DNA of 64,000 bases from a virus (taxonomy: Duplodnaviria > Heunggongvirae > Uroviricota > Caudoviricetes): IMG/VR virus record IMGVR_UViG_3300042303_000041, positions 70,648 to 134,647 of that record; one strand, written 5' to 3'. Shown here in pieces: positions 19,115 to 28,468 of this stretch. Each line of letters opens with the position of its first letter. The stretch's first letter is position 1. Under the pieces are notes generated by a model that was given only the letters and a program-made list of their open reading frames with translations, was not told the origin of the DNA and did no database searches. A program made the position numbers and the translations under genes.

Positions 19115-20176
19115 TCATCCTTCTATTGCAGCAAGTTCTGCATCAATGTCTTCACCTTGCATAATATCACCAGTAGAGATTGCATACTTATTCTTGACGA
19201 ACTCATTGAATGTCTTTGAAGTTACAACTGACATCCAGAAGTCTTTGGTATCAGTATCTTTCAAACGATACTTCTTGTCTTCAACAACTCCATCAGAGTC
19301 AACCTTTGAGTACCATCCGTTGCTTGGCTTAACCACATGCCCTGACTCGAGTGCGATGTCCAATAGACCAGACCAACGACTAATGCCACCATCAAAAGAT
19401 ACGCTAACAGGTATCTTAGATTTTTCTTTAACATAACGAGATTTTTCCACATTGATAATAAAATTGTAACCAACGATTTCAGTGCCTTCTTTTTCTTGTT
19501 GACGACCCAAGATAAAGATGTTGTCAGCTGAGTAATAAGAACCAGTACCACCACCAACGATGTCTTTAGGATACAAACCAATTTCTTTGTAAGTATGATT
19601 GACAACTACCATTGGAATGTCTTTCATAGTCAAGTGTGGTGTAACCATACGGAACAAAGACTTCATCTGTTTAGCACGAGACATATCAGCAACAGACTTT
19701 CCATCCATGGCATCTTCAACTTCTTTCTTAGAAGCAAGGTTACCAATAGAGTCAATGACAATCATCATCTTGTCAGTGCGCTCGATGCCAGCTAGTTGCT
19801 GCATAATATCAAACTTCAATTGCTCAACGTCCATGATTGGAGTATGAACAACTCTATTGGTGTCAATACCAAAAGAATCAAAGTAGGATTGAGGTGTGCC
19901 AAACTCAGAGTCGTAGAACAATAAAGCAGAATCTGGATACTTATCCATATAAGACTTAGCCATTAGCAAAGAGAATGCAGTCTTAAAGTGTTTTGATGGA
20001 CCAGCCCACATGGTAAGTCCAGGAACAAAACCACCATCAAGTCGACCAGAAAATGCTACGTTGATAACAGGAATGGTCGTAGCAATCATATCTTTCTTTT
20101 GAAAGAACTTAGAGTTTGCCAAAATCGCAGACTCTTTGATCGTTGAATTCTTTTTAATCTTATCTAAAATGTTCAT
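19115..20176 (-). CDS. uvsX: RecA-like recombinase UvsX
   Basis: 353 aa; Walker A 'GPSKHFKT'; RecA-fold core. Confidence 0.85.
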   Translation of the reverse strand: MNILDKIKKNSTIKESAILANSKFFQKKDMIATTIPVINVAFSGRLDGGFVPGLTMWAGPSKHFKTAFSLLMAKSYMDKYPDSALLFYDSEFGTPQSYFDSFGIDTNRVVHTPIMDVEQLKFDIMQQLAGIERTDKMMIVIDSIGNLASKKEVEDAMDGKSVADMSRAKQMKSLFRMVTPHLTMKDIPMVVVNHTYKEIGLYPKDIVGGGTGSYYSADNIFILGRQQEKEGTEIVGYNFIINVEKSRYVKEKSKIPVSVSFDGGISRWSGLLDIALESGHVVKPSNGWYSKVDSDGVVEDKKYRLKDTDTKDFWMSVVTSKTFNEFVKNKYAISTGDIMQGEDIDAELAAIEG

Positions 20177-20177
20177 A

Positions 20178-20429
20178 TTAACCTTTCAAAAAGTCTAGCA
20201 ATTGTGCTTCGTTCATAGAACCTACACGTCGTTTAATCTCTGCATTATTGTCGTCAATCAAAATCATGGTTGGAACGCTACGGATTCCATAGTGCATGGC
20301 AATATCAGATTGAGCATCAATGTCAACTTGCTCAACAGGCACAGTTATCTTATCACCAGCTTTGATGATAACTTGGGTTAGAGTTTTGCATGGATTGCAC
20401 CACTCAGCAGAAAATTTTAATAGTTTCAT
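20178..20429 (-). CDS. Thioredoxin/glutaredoxin-like protein
   Basis: 83 aa; 'WCNPCK' CxxC active site. Confidence 0.7.
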   Translation of the reverse strand: MKLLKFSAEWCNPCKTLTQVIIKAGDKITVPVEQVDIDAQSDIAMHYGIRSVPTMILIDDNNAEIKRRVGSMNEAQLLDFLKG

Positions 20430-20437
20430 ATTTGTCC

Positions 20438-21049
20438 TTATAGGTAATGGCAGTATGTGGATATAATATACTTAGAGTTACTAATTGGAGGCATACCCTT
20501 GTGTGGGTACATCCACATAGGAGGGAATATTACTATTCTACCTCGTCTAGCATTTATAGTCAAGTTTGTTTTATCATCGTATGTAACATCGTTGAATACG
20601 GTTTGTCCACCTTCTTCAACATCGTTTAGGTAATAGAACATAACAAGAAATCTTTTTGCAGATGCATAATCCCCAACATCAGTATGCCAACCGAACTGGT
20701 CAATACCATTTGGATCGTATCGTTTCATTCTTGCATCTTCGTACCCAATTTTACTAGGCATAAATTCTACATTATTTTTATCAATGTAAAACTTAAAAAG
20801 ATCTTGTGTTAGATCGTAAAACAACTTAGACTCTTCTACAAAGTCCTCATGTTTTGTAATGTTTAACTCATGGAAGTTCATCATATGATTACCCCATGTG
20901 TTATTAGTTAGTTTTTGTTCTTGTTTCTCGAATCGTTCAATCAATGAGTTACAAAAGTCTTCTGTCAATACATGATCAACAATCATTACATAGTCAGCTA
21001 AGTTTTTCAAAAGAAATCCTCCAATGATGCTTTTTCTTCGGTATGCCAA
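20438..21049 (-). CDS. Prolyl-4-hydroxylase-like 2OG-Fe(II) oxygenase
   Basis: 203 aa; 'WHTD' (HxD)...'PHKG'...with a DSBH-like core, typical of P4H-type oxygenases in marine T4-like phages. Confidence 0.55.
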   Translation of the reverse strand: MAYRRKSIIGGFLLKNLADYVMIVDHVLTEDFCNSLIERFEKQEQKLTNNTWGNHMMNFHELNITKHEDFVEESKLFYDLTQDLFKFYIDKNNVEFMPSKIGYEDARMKRYDPNGIDQFGWHTDVGDYASAKRFLVMFYYLNDVEEGGQTVFNDVTYDDKTNLTINARRGRIVIFPPMWMYPHKGMPPISNSKYIISTYCHYL

Positions 21050-23496
21050 CCAAGTGGCTCAATTACGGTTTGTAGTGCATCTAAAAATGTTTTCTCGAAT
21101 TGGAGATCATAATCAATGAATCTATTTAGACCAAACTCTTCAGGTAAGGTTTGTGAGAAAGAAATCACATCCTCTTGGAATGGATTTGGCTTCTTTACAT
21201 AAACAAACTTGATCTTATCTCCATCACGAATAGGTTGGTAAACTTTATCCAACTGCATCTTCTTTAGATAGTGGTTGTGTAGCAATGCACCACGAACATG
21301 AATTGGAGTTCCCTTTGTATAGATTGGTGAACCTGCATAGGTCTTTATTCCATTGACACCTCGTGGGAATGCAATCTCTACAACTGAGAATGATTTATAT
21401 TCACTACGAAACTTTTCAATAAAATCATGCAGCTTACTTTGATCACCATCTAGAATAACAGGAATAGATTCTTTAAGTTTATTGCGAATGATTGAAGGTG
21501 TAGATGACTTGACCATTTCCAAACCCATGACCTTGACCTTTGGCTTTGCAAACTGAACACCCTCAGAGTTATGCACGTTAAGAATGTATCGTTTCTTAGC
21601 AGTCCAGATACCTTTATCAGCCAGAACCTCTCGCTTCATAATCATCTTTTGCGAGTAAGCATTCATATACTCAGACAGCTTCTTATATGTATTATCAATA
21701 AAAGGCTGGAAGATTTCTTCACAGATCTTGTCCATGTACTTGATCTTACCTATCGTATCCTTATCAGCTGCGACGGTTTCAACCAGTTGCTCAAGTGTCA
21801 AATAGATCGAGTCAGTATCAATGGCAATAACGTAATCAGCGTCCTTGGTCTTAAGCAACTTGTTCATGTATGCATTAAACTCATTAGCCATCCAACGAAT
21901 AGACAACTGACCAGAAGTTGTAATACCCTCAGCCATGCGTAGATCAAAGTACCTAAAGTATTGATTACCCATAGCACCATAAGCAGAGTTCAATGCAATC
22001 TTCATAGCCATCTGAAGGTTATTCAATCTGGAGATATCCTTTAGCAAGTGCTTCTTGCTTTTATCATCTTGATACTCTTGCTCAATCTTCAACATCTGTT
22101 TCTTAAACTTAGATCGATCCTTGTACATGTTTTCCATCAACTGAGGCATAAACCCTTTGATGTCTTTACGATAGCACCACCCATTTGCAGTCATGGACAG
22201 CTCATTGTTCTTAGCATATGAAGTATCAATCTCTTGATTCAATAGCTGATCAACTGTACAAGAAATCTTCTCGTGTGTAAGAGTCTCTGGACTGATGTTG
22301 TATTGCATAATCAAATGTGGATACAGCGAGTTCAAGTCGAATGAAGCAACCCATTTGTGCATACCAATTAGCGGATCTTTAACATACGCACCTTCAAATT
22401 GAGCATCTTTACCACCAAAGATATTCTTTGCGGGGATAGCAATGCGCTTTTCACGCAAGTGGTTATAGATGATGGCGTCCCACATACGAACCTGTGAGAA
22501 TACATCTTCAAGATTAATCTTTGCGTTGTACGCCATAGTCAAACACAGTTCAATTAGGCGCATCTTGTCTTCCATACGGTCGACCAACTCTACGTCTTGG
22601 ATGTTGTATTCAACAAACTGTTGCCAGTGATTTGTGTAGAAATCCTTGAATGATTCTCCAGGGTTTTCTTTCTTCTTATCGCCAAGTTCTTGCTCAGCAA
22701 TATAGTCAAGTCGATATGATTCTTGCTTGGTGTAAGTAAACTTCTTGTACAGGGCAAGAAAGTCCAAGTGCGCAATACCATGGATGTCGTAATGAATCTC
22801 TTCGGAACCTTTAATGAAAGTCTTGCGTTCGTTGTAGTATCCCCATGGAGATAGTTTCTTGGCATAAGGCTCGCCAAGTTCACGCTCAATACGTCGAACA
22901 AGATAAGGCACGTCAAAGAATTCTGTATTCCAACCAGTGATGATATCTGGATAGTTCTGTTGCCACCAAGCTACAAACTCTCGCAACAGATGCGTTTCGC
23001 TTTCGCAATGCAGATAAACTACATCGTCTCTACTATTCACATACGTTTTAGTTCCGAATGTGATAACCTTTTTACTGGCAAGATCCTTGATTGTGATTAG
23101 CAAGATATCTTCATTGGCAGTTTTGATATCAGGGAATCCACTTTCGGTTTTAGTCTCGATGTCAATCGTGTATACCTTAATGAGATCCATGTCCCACTTG
23201 ATATCACTTTCATAAGTATCGCTGATATACTGGCAAACGTAATTAGTGTTACCATAGATATCGAACCCTTTGACATCTTCGTATCGTTTGACAAACTCTT
23301 TGGTATCTTTGACACCTCCAGGATTGACCACATCTACTACAGTTCCATCAAGTGTGCGCCAATCACTGTCGTGCTTCTTTGAAGGAACGTACAGTGTTGG
23401 GTAAAATTCCACCTTATGTGAAAAAGGGCGACCATTGTCGTAACCACGTACGAACATCTGATCGCCAAAGGGAAATACGTTAGTATAAAAATGCAT
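21007..23496 (-). CDS. 43: Family-B DNA polymerase (T4 gp43-like) with an intact 3'-5' exonuclease domain
   Basis: 829 aa; Exo I 'IDIETK', Exo II 'NTEFFDVPYL', Exo III 'YNIQDVELV', Pol C 'IDTDSIY'; N- and C-termini alignable to T4 gp43. Confidence 0.9.
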   Translation of the reverse strand: MHFYTNVFPFGDQMFVRGYDNGRPFSHKVEFYPTLYVPSKKHDSDWRTLDGTVVDVVNPGGVKDTKEFVKRYEDVKGFDIYGNTNYVCQYISDTYESDIKWDMDLIKVYTIDIETKTESGFPDIKTANEDILLITIKDLASKKVITFGTKTYVNSRDDVVYLHCESETHLLREFVAWWQQNYPDIITGWNTEFFDVPYLVRRIERELGEPYAKKLSPWGYYNERKTFIKGSEEIHYDIHGIAHLDFLALYKKFTYTKQESYRLDYIAEQELGDKKKENPGESFKDFYTNHWQQFVEYNIQDVELVDRMEDKMRLIELCLTMAYNAKINLEDVFSQVRMWDAIIYNHLREKRIAIPAKNIFGGKDAQFEGAYVKDPLIGMHKWVASFDLNSLYPHLIMQYNISPETLTHEKISCTVDQLLNQEIDTSYAKNNELSMTANGWCYRKDIKGFMPQLMENMYKDRSKFKKQMLKIEQEYQDDKSKKHLLKDISRLNNLQMAMKIALNSAYGAMGNQYFRYFDLRMAEGITTSGQLSIRWMANEFNAYMNKLLKTKDADYVIAIDTDSIYLTLEQLVETVAADKDTIGKIKYMDKICEEIFQPFIDNTYKKLSEYMNAYSQKMIMKREVLADKGIWTAKKRYILNVHNSEGVQFAKPKVKVMGLEMVKSSTPSIIRNKLKESIPVILDGDQSKLHDFIEKFRSEYKSFSVVEIAFPRGVNGIKTYAGSPIYTKGTPIHVRGALLHNHYLKKMQLDKVYQPIRDGDKIKFVYVKKPNPFQEDVISFSQTLPEEFGLNRFIDYDLQFEKTFLDALQTVIEPLGWHTEEKASLEDFF

Positions 23497-24071
23497 TATT
23501 CTTTAGATTTTCCATACATTAACATCATTGCATCAAGTGCGCAATCATGCACAGGGTGATGTTTAATAACTTCGTGCCGATCAAACCCGTCGTAAACTAC
23601 ATCACAGTATCCGTTTGTGGATCCTGTAAGAATATCTACTGCAGTTCTAATATCTCTCCATGCAGCATAGCTAGTGATTTGTTGCATTTCACAGCGAACT
23701 GCAAGGCTATCAATTGCCAGCTGATCTAAAGACCCACGTGCCCACATGGTATGCTTTTGAGCATTCTGGATCCTGTTCATATAGTTATGCAGCATGATAA
23801 TACCATCCTCAGCTTTTATATCAGTAGAAGATGGGCGCAAAGAAACTTGCTGAACATACTCATGCTGATTTTCCCACCACTCTAAAGTAGATGGATCAAT
23901 AGTTCGATTCAATCTTTGAATCTGATCTCTTGCATTGAACTTAACAAACAAGGCAGACTCCAATAGATCTTTATAACTTGGACGCTGTTCTGGATCAAAA
24001 TAAATCAAAGCTGCGCTAAGAACAACCGCAGTTGACTCAACACCAAGAGTTTCTATATCAAAAATAAACAT
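23496..24071 (-). CDS. dexA: Exonuclease A (DexA-like DnaQ-fold 3'-5' exonuclease)
   Basis: 191 aa; 'FIFDIETLG' (T4 DexA has 'FIIDFETMG') and C-terminal 'HHPVHDCALDAMML' (T4 'HDSIHDCAKDILMM'). Confidence 0.7.
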   Translation of the reverse strand: MFIFDIETLGVESTAVVLSAALIYFDPEQRPSYKDLLESALFVKFNARDQIQRLNRTIDPSTLEWWENQHEYVQQVSLRPSSTDIKAEDGIIMLHNYMNRIQNAQKHTMWARGSLDQLAIDSLAVRCEMQQITSYAAWRDIRTAVDILTGSTNGYCDVVYDGFDRHEVIKHHPVHDCALDAMMLMYGKSKE

Positions 24072-24361
24072 TATAGAACTACCTTTTCATCTTCTCTAGT
24101 AAAGAAGGCATTGATCTTTTGTTCTTCAGTCCAACCCAAACAATAGTCATTGTCGGTATCGCAAAACTTGAGAGCTTCTGCTTCACTCATAACTCTATGA
24201 GAAATAATGCTCTCAGTTATATGTTCTTGACTAAACTCTTTAGCCTCATTCATTGTCACAGTGTCAAGTGCATACTCTGGATTGGCAGCAGGTGCCTCAA
24301 CCATATAACGCATACGAAACATCGAAACACACTCAACCATTACCCATACTTTATCAGTCAT
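24071..24361 (-). CDS. Hypothetical protein (96 aa)
   Basis: ORF track; packed in the operon. Confidence 0.4.
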   Translation of the reverse strand: MTDKVWVMVECVSMFRMRYMVEAPAANPEYALDTVTMNEAKEFSQEHITESIISHRVMSEAEALKFCDTDNDYCLGWTEEQKINAFFTREDEKVVL

Positions 24362-24779
24362 CTCCGTACCTTTCTTTCATATCTTTTTGACGTTCTGTTT
24401 CATGTTCGTCACACAACGTTCTAATCCAACCACCACTACGACTCACACCACGATTCCCGCAAGTCTCGCAGCTATTACTTGCCCATGATTCTGCCATACG
24501 AACCATACCATACACCTGTTCGTCTCCGCCTGAATAATAAAACCGTAAGCCTCCAAACTTTTCTTTTATTTGAAGAACAACTACTTGCTCAACTACAGGA
24601 TGCTTCTCATGATTCTTATTCTGCCAGTCAATATAATGTTGAATTTTAGCACAAAGACGTTCAATGATCAACCACCAACCTTCACTGACAGCAAAGCCAC
24701 CGTATGGTTGTGCAAACATCTTTGGGTATTTTTCATGCATGCTTTTCTCGAAAGCATCATACTTAACATCTTCGGTCAT
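24354..24779 (-). CDS. Hypothetical protein with a C-terminal zinc-ribbon-like motif (CETCGN...LCDEH)
   Basis: 141 aa; Cys/His cluster at the C-terminus. Confidence 0.4.
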   Translation of the reverse strand: MTEDVKYDAFEKSMHEKYPKMFAQPYGGFAVSEGWWLIIERLCAKIQHYIDWQNKNHEKHPVVEQVVVLQIKEKFGGLRFYYSGGDEQVYGMVRMAESWASNSCETCGNRGVSRSGGWIRTLCDEHETERQKDMKERYGDD

Positions 24780-24780
24780 A

Positions 24781-24975
24781 TCAAACCTTTAAGAATTTAA
24801 AAATAAGTTTCTCTTTAATCATGTCAGGAACAGTGAGGTGTGGGAATTCCAATGCAAATGGACATCCTTCTTTACCCCATGCCTTTGTTTTAAGATAACG
24901 AGTAAACATCTCAATATCTTTTTTTGAGTTTACATCAAAGCATCGTTTACTACGAACAATAGTTTCAAGTATCAT
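24781..24975 (-). CDS. Hypothetical small protein (64 aa)
   Basis: ORF track; abuts the neighbouring genes. Confidence 0.3.
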   Translation of the reverse strand: MILETIVRSKRCFDVNSKKDIEMFTRYLKTKAWGKEGCPFALEFPHLTVPDMIKEKLIFKFLKV

Positions 24976-26273
24976 TTAATATCCTTACTAGAATCTGCAA
25001 CTTCTTTATCATCACGAATCTCTAAAACAATGGGAAGGAACAAAGATTCTTCTCCAGCTTTGTTCTTTATTCTCATATTATACTTGATAGCAGCAATTCC
25101 GTCAAGTAAATTTTGCTTCATCAATTCTTTGCGTTGTTCATCAGAGAATCCAGAGCCAACACTAACCTTAATCACACCATCTGCAGATTCACAAAGAATT
25201 GCGCCAAGCATACCATCATACTTGCCTGTACCCATTTGCACACCAACAATACGTAGATCGCATTCTAGTTCACCCTTAAATTTGATCTGAGACTTGCTGC
25301 GTTTGTCTTCCCAAATTCCATCACTAGACTTCAGAATAATTCCTTCTAGTCCATCGGCAAGATATGATTCAAAAATACTTTGAGCCATATCAAGAGTTTG
25401 TACAAGATCAGTTTGTACAAGATTAACCTTTGCTGGAGAGCTTTTCTGAATCATGCGTTCAAGTCCATTTAGTCGAGTGGCATAATCAACTTTACAGATT
25501 CCAGAAGCAAACGCATCAAAAGGAATAACATCCCATACAGTGGCACGAACTTTACGTGCGTCCAAGTCAGAGATTGTACCTTTGTTGGCTTTATTTAAAA
25601 TACCATTGCCTGTTTGCCGATCAAGAATCACACCCTTGTCATTTACAAGAAGTTCACCATCAAACACCATATTAAATCCAGCTGCCATCTTGATAAAGTC
25701 TGTTTCTAGAAACCCAAGCAGCTGTATCTCTTTACCATTACGACTACGGAACTCGCACTTACCATCTTTTACGATTGCATTGAACCGCATCCCATCCATC
25801 TTCAACTGGACGTAAGCTGGGAACTTGATTTTGTTTACCAGTTTCTCGTCGAATGGACTGCACAGCATGACTGGATATTCGTGCACCAAGCCAGTCCACA
25901 CTGCGTTTGCGGTCGAGACTTGCACTCCACATTTGAGATCCTTTTGAATGATTCGTTCAATAACCTTGGCATTATCTGCAGTGATGTTCTCAAGAACGTA
26001 TTGTAGATGCTCAATGGCAGCATTACCTGTAACCTTACGACTTGCTAACATAGTTAGCAGTTGATCCAATGCCCAATCTAAGTTGTCGCCTAAGGGATTA
26101 TTGTTCGGGGTATACTTTGGAATCTTCCGTTGATAGAACTGAGTGAAAGGATCGAGAGCCAGCCTAACAACTTCGCGCAAGGTTTCGTTATCGCTGTTAG
26201 CCGTTAGTTGTTCGATTTTAAAATTACGGGATGCGTTGTCAGCTAGACTATTAAAAAACTTATTCAGATTCAT
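24972..26273 (-). CDS. ATP-dependent DNA ligase
   Basis: 433 aa; motif I 'LKMDGMRFNA' (KxDG) plus an OB-domain-like C-terminus; lies between regA and 43 near the replication genes. Confidence 0.8.
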   Translation of the reverse strand: MNLNKFFNSLADNASRNFKIEQLTANSDNETLREVVRLALDPFTQFYQRKIPKYTPNNNPLGDNLDWALDQLLTMLASRKVTGNAAIEHLQYVLENITADNAKVIERIIQKDLKCGVQVSTANAVWTGLVHEYPVMLCSPFDEKLVNKIKFPAYVQLKMDGMRFNAIVKDGKCEFRSRNGKEIQLLGFLETDFIKMAAGFNMVFDGELLVNDKGVILDRQTGNGILNKANKGTISDLDARKVRATVWDVIPFDAFASGICKVDYATRLNGLERMIQKSSPAKVNLVQTDLVQTLDMAQSIFESYLADGLEGIILKSSDGIWEDKRSKSQIKFKGELECDLRIVGVQMGTGKYDGMLGAILCESADGVIKVSVGSGFSDEQRKELMKQNLLDGIAAIKYNMRIKNKAGEESLFLPIVLEIRDDKEVADSSKDIK

Positions 26274-26455
26274 TTCAATTCCTTAAAGGTACGGTAGCGA
26301 GTGTCAAAGCGAATAGGCTTGGACATCTTGGTGACTTTCTTTGTAACTACATTATAAAAAGCAACCAGCTTGGACTTGTCGTCAGTGAGATAGTAGATAT
26401 GATTTGGGCATGGGTGTGCCCAATCTTTAGTGGTCTCAAGAAACGCACGCATCAC
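26270..26455 (-). CDS. Hypothetical small protein (61 aa)
   Basis: ORF track. Confidence 0.3.
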   Translation of the reverse strand: MMRAFLETTKDWAHPCPNHIYYLTDDKSKLVAFYNVVTKKVTKMSKPIRFDTRYRTFKELK

Positions 26456-26664
26456 AGAGACTTGGAAGGATAGCCAGTAGCAAAACCAGAGGTGCCAGTG
26501 CGGAACCCACGTGAGTTTTTACCTAGCATTTTTGGAGTTGGAGATTTGCGTGCTTTGACGACTTGGACTTGTCCACCACGAGCAAAGAATTGCTGCAGTG
26601 CATCAGAAGATTGCTCACGGACTTGAGATTTGTAAACGACGTTCATAATATATTCCTCTTTCAA
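26452..26664 (-). CDS. Hypothetical small protein (70 aa)
   Basis: ORF track. Confidence 0.3.
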   Translation of the reverse strand: MKEEYIMNVVYKSQVREQSSDALQQFFARGGQVQVVKARKSPTPKMLGKNSRGFRTGTSGFATGYPSKSL

Positions 26665-26865
26665 TTAAACAAAATCAAAGGCAGATTCTTCGCCAACACG
26701 GGAAAGGATAATGCCACAACCAAGAATCTTTAGCAAAGCTGTTTCAATCTTAACAGCTTCTTTGACAGAGCACTCAACAAACAGAGTACCACAGGTAAAC
26801 GCTGCTTTACGATCAGACTTCATAACCTTAGCAACTTCAGCCAGAACCACTTTTTCGAAACCCAT
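26665..26865 (-). CDS. Hypothetical 66-aa protein (start refined to MGFEK, downstream of the promoter cassette)
   Basis: The N-terminal 82 codons of the track ORF run through the promoter and terminator and look non-coding; an RBS-like 'AAGGG' precedes the ATG at 26865. Confidence 0.4.
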   Translation of the reverse strand: MGFEKVVLAEVAKVMKSDRKAAFTCGTLFVECSVKEAVKIETALLKILGCGIILSRVGEESAFDFV

Positions 26866-26895
26866 TTCAGAACCCTTTCTAATCATCATAAGACT

Positions 26896-26925
26896 ATTAT
26901 ACATCAGAACCGAATTAAAGTAAAC
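26896..26925 (-). promoter_or_regulatory. T4-early/sigma70-type promoter (GTTTAC -35, 18-nt spacer, TATAAT -10); copy 1 of a repeated cassette
   Basis: Minus-strand sequence GGTGTTTACTTTAATTCGGTTCTGATGTATAAT read directly; nearly identical to the copies at 35469 and 37888. Confidence 0.6.
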
Positions 26926-26940
26926 ACCTAAATGAAAAAA

Positions 26941-26957
26941 CCCTACACTCGGTAGGG
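26941..26957 (-). terminator. Stem-loop CCCTAC-n5-GTAGGG immediately upstream of the promoter cassette (terminator for the preceding gene)
   Basis: Inverted repeat read directly; same architecture as the cassette at 35501. Confidence 0.45.
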
Positions 26958-26989
26958 TTATTCTTGAAAAGTAAACTTTTGGGTTACAT

Positions 26990-27301
26990 TTAAGGGCGTA
27001 TAAGAGCGGATGCAGGTGCGACGACGATCCCAGCACCAAATAGTCGGTTGTATTCGTTTTCCATCTGGCTATCGGCTTGAGCCTCGACGATGACCCCTGA
27101 TTTGTTGAGATAGATCTTTCCAGAAGTATACGCAAGGAAAGGAGCTAAACCAACGCCCATACCTTCTTGAGTACGCTGAACCATCACGATAGCGGGATCT
27201 TCTAGATACCAACCAACATCTGACCCACTGGTAACTTTAGAAATCAATTCTTCACCAGTAATCAATTTAAACACTTTAATCATTTTATTCTTTCTCTGCA
27301 A
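26990..27301 (-). CDS. Hypothetical protein (103 aa)
   Basis: ORF track; protein-like composition. Confidence 0.4.
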   Translation of the reverse strand: MQRKNKMIKVFKLITGEELISKVTSGSDVGWYLEDPAIVMVQRTQEGMGVGLAPFLAYTSGKIYLNKSGVIVEAQADSQMENEYNRLFGAGIVVAPASALIRP

Positions 27302-27491
27302 TATTATCTAAAAAGTCAGCAGCATCATTTTGATCATCAAAAAACTGCACAAGGCTTTTATCTAAATCAAAGTAGTGTCTTGCCACAACAAGTATAGTTT
27401 TATTTTTGTAAACGGATACTTTTAAGATCCAGTTTCCTCTACGCACTGTAACAAACGAAATTAAGTTAGGGGATATTTTCGGTTTCATCAT
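27285..27491 (-). CDS. Hypothetical small protein (68 aa)
   Basis: ORF track. Confidence 0.35.
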   Translation of the reverse strand: MMKPKISPNLISFVTVRRGNWILKVSVYKNKTILVVARHYFDLDKSLVQFFDDQNDAADFLDNIAEKE

Positions 27492-27502
27492 ACAAGTATT
27501 TA

Positions 27503-27520
27503 GGGGATCCGAAGATCCCC
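27503..27520 (-). terminator. UUCG-tetraloop hairpin GGGGAUC-UUCG-GAUCCCC, 12 nt upstream of the next ATG (terminator or RNA-stability element)
   Basis: Read directly; an identical hairpin core recurs at 45587-45602. Confidence 0.5.
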
Positions 27521-27615
27521 ACAGGTATGATTAACGCTTCATGTTATCTTCTTTTGCTTTTTTAATAGCATCTAAAGTTTCATTGGTGAATGAGACCCAC
27601 CAAGAAAATGCACGT

Positions 27616-28125
27616 TTACAGCTTTGTAGTAATTTCATCACGTTCCTCCTCAGTTAGAAACTGCTTCTGACCTTTGGTCTTTACAGCTACTTTCTTTGGC
27701 TTCTTTTCTTCTGGTACAAGACGCTCAAGAGCAATCTTTAACATACCATTAAAAAGTTCTGCATCCTTGACTTCGATTTGATCATCAATGGCAAAGGCAC
27801 GAGTGAATGCACGATTAGCAATACCTTTAAAGAGATAATTGCTAGCTTGTTCTGCGCTAGTTTGAACATTACCCTTGACTATCAACTTGCCACCATCGAT
27901 CTCGATGTCGATTTCGTTTTGACCGAAACCAGCAACAGCGATCTCAATAGTGTAAGAGTTCTCCCCATTCTTACGAATGTTGTATGGAGGATAGTTTGGG
28001 ATGTTTTTAGTTACATCGTCATGCAATTTCTGCATTTGTGTAACTTGGTCATCAAAGCCAACAAAGAATTTGTCGAAGTCTTTGAAATGTTCTTGCCAGA
28101 TGGCAGGTACGAATTTTGCGTTCAT
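27616..28125 (-). CDS. Small heat-shock protein (Hsp20/alpha-crystallin family)
   Basis: 169 aa; alpha-crystallin-domain-like 'YTIEIAVAGFGQNEIDIEIDGGKLIVKG'. Confidence 0.7.
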   Translation of the reverse strand: MNAKFVPAIWQEHFKDFDKFFVGFDDQVTQMQKLHDDVTKNIPNYPPYNIRKNGENSYTIEIAVAGFGQNEIDIEIDGGKLIVKGNVQTSAEQASNYLFKGIANRAFTRAFAIDDQIEVKDAELFNGMLKIALERLVPEEKKPKKVAVKTKGQKQFLTEEERDEITTKL

Positions 28126-28145
28126 AAGTTTCTCCTATTAAGCGA

Positions 28146-28164
28146 GTTAAGTTAAAAATGATAT
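28146..28164 (-). terminator. Hairpin with a UUCG loop followed by AUUUUUAAC, ~100 nt downstream of the 65-aa gene
   Basis: Minus strand GATATGCC-UUCG-GGATATC followed by ATTTTTAAC. Confidence 0.4.
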
Positions 28165-28270
28165 CCCGAAGGCATATCTGTCCCAGCTTACTTTATACTG
28201 GAGCAATTAACGTATGCTAGTCCAATTGTACGGACGCCTTAACCGTGACGGCAACGTTCCCAAGGTAGGG

Positions 28271-28468
28271 TTATGGTAGCATTTCTTCTGCAGGAGTTTC
28301 TGGTGCCGCTGGTGCTGCTGCTTGTGCTGCCTGCATTAATGCAGTTGCTTGTGGCTCGCCTTGCTGTTTGATCTTAGTGATCAAGTCTGCTACTTCTTCG
28401 AATGGAGCTTTACCCAAAGAACGAAGAATAGAGTTAACTTCTGCAATGCTTAATTGTAATTGAATCAT
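28271..28468 (-). CDS. Hypothetical small Ala/Pro-rich protein (65 aa)
   Basis: ORF track; 4-nt overlap with regA. Confidence 0.35.
   Translation of the reverse strand: MIQLQLSIAEVNSILRSLGKAPFEEVADLITKIKQQGEPQATALMQAAQAAAPAAPETPAEEMLP

Noticed and set aside
23496-24071. Interpretation of the 'FDIETLG' ORF as a split-off exonuclease domain of the DNA polymerase
   Set aside because: The 829-aa polymerase already has Exo I, II and III motifs, and the 191-aa ORF matches T4 DexA at both ends, so it is a separate exonuclease gene.
26665-27135. Track ORF of 156 aa beginning at 27135, and track start of the 35187..35477 ORF
   Set aside because: The N-terminal parts run through the terminator hairpin and the GTTTAC/TATAAT promoter cassette, and the 35477 ATG lies inside the -10 box. 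The real starts are most likely the RBS-preceded ATGs at 26865 and 35438.
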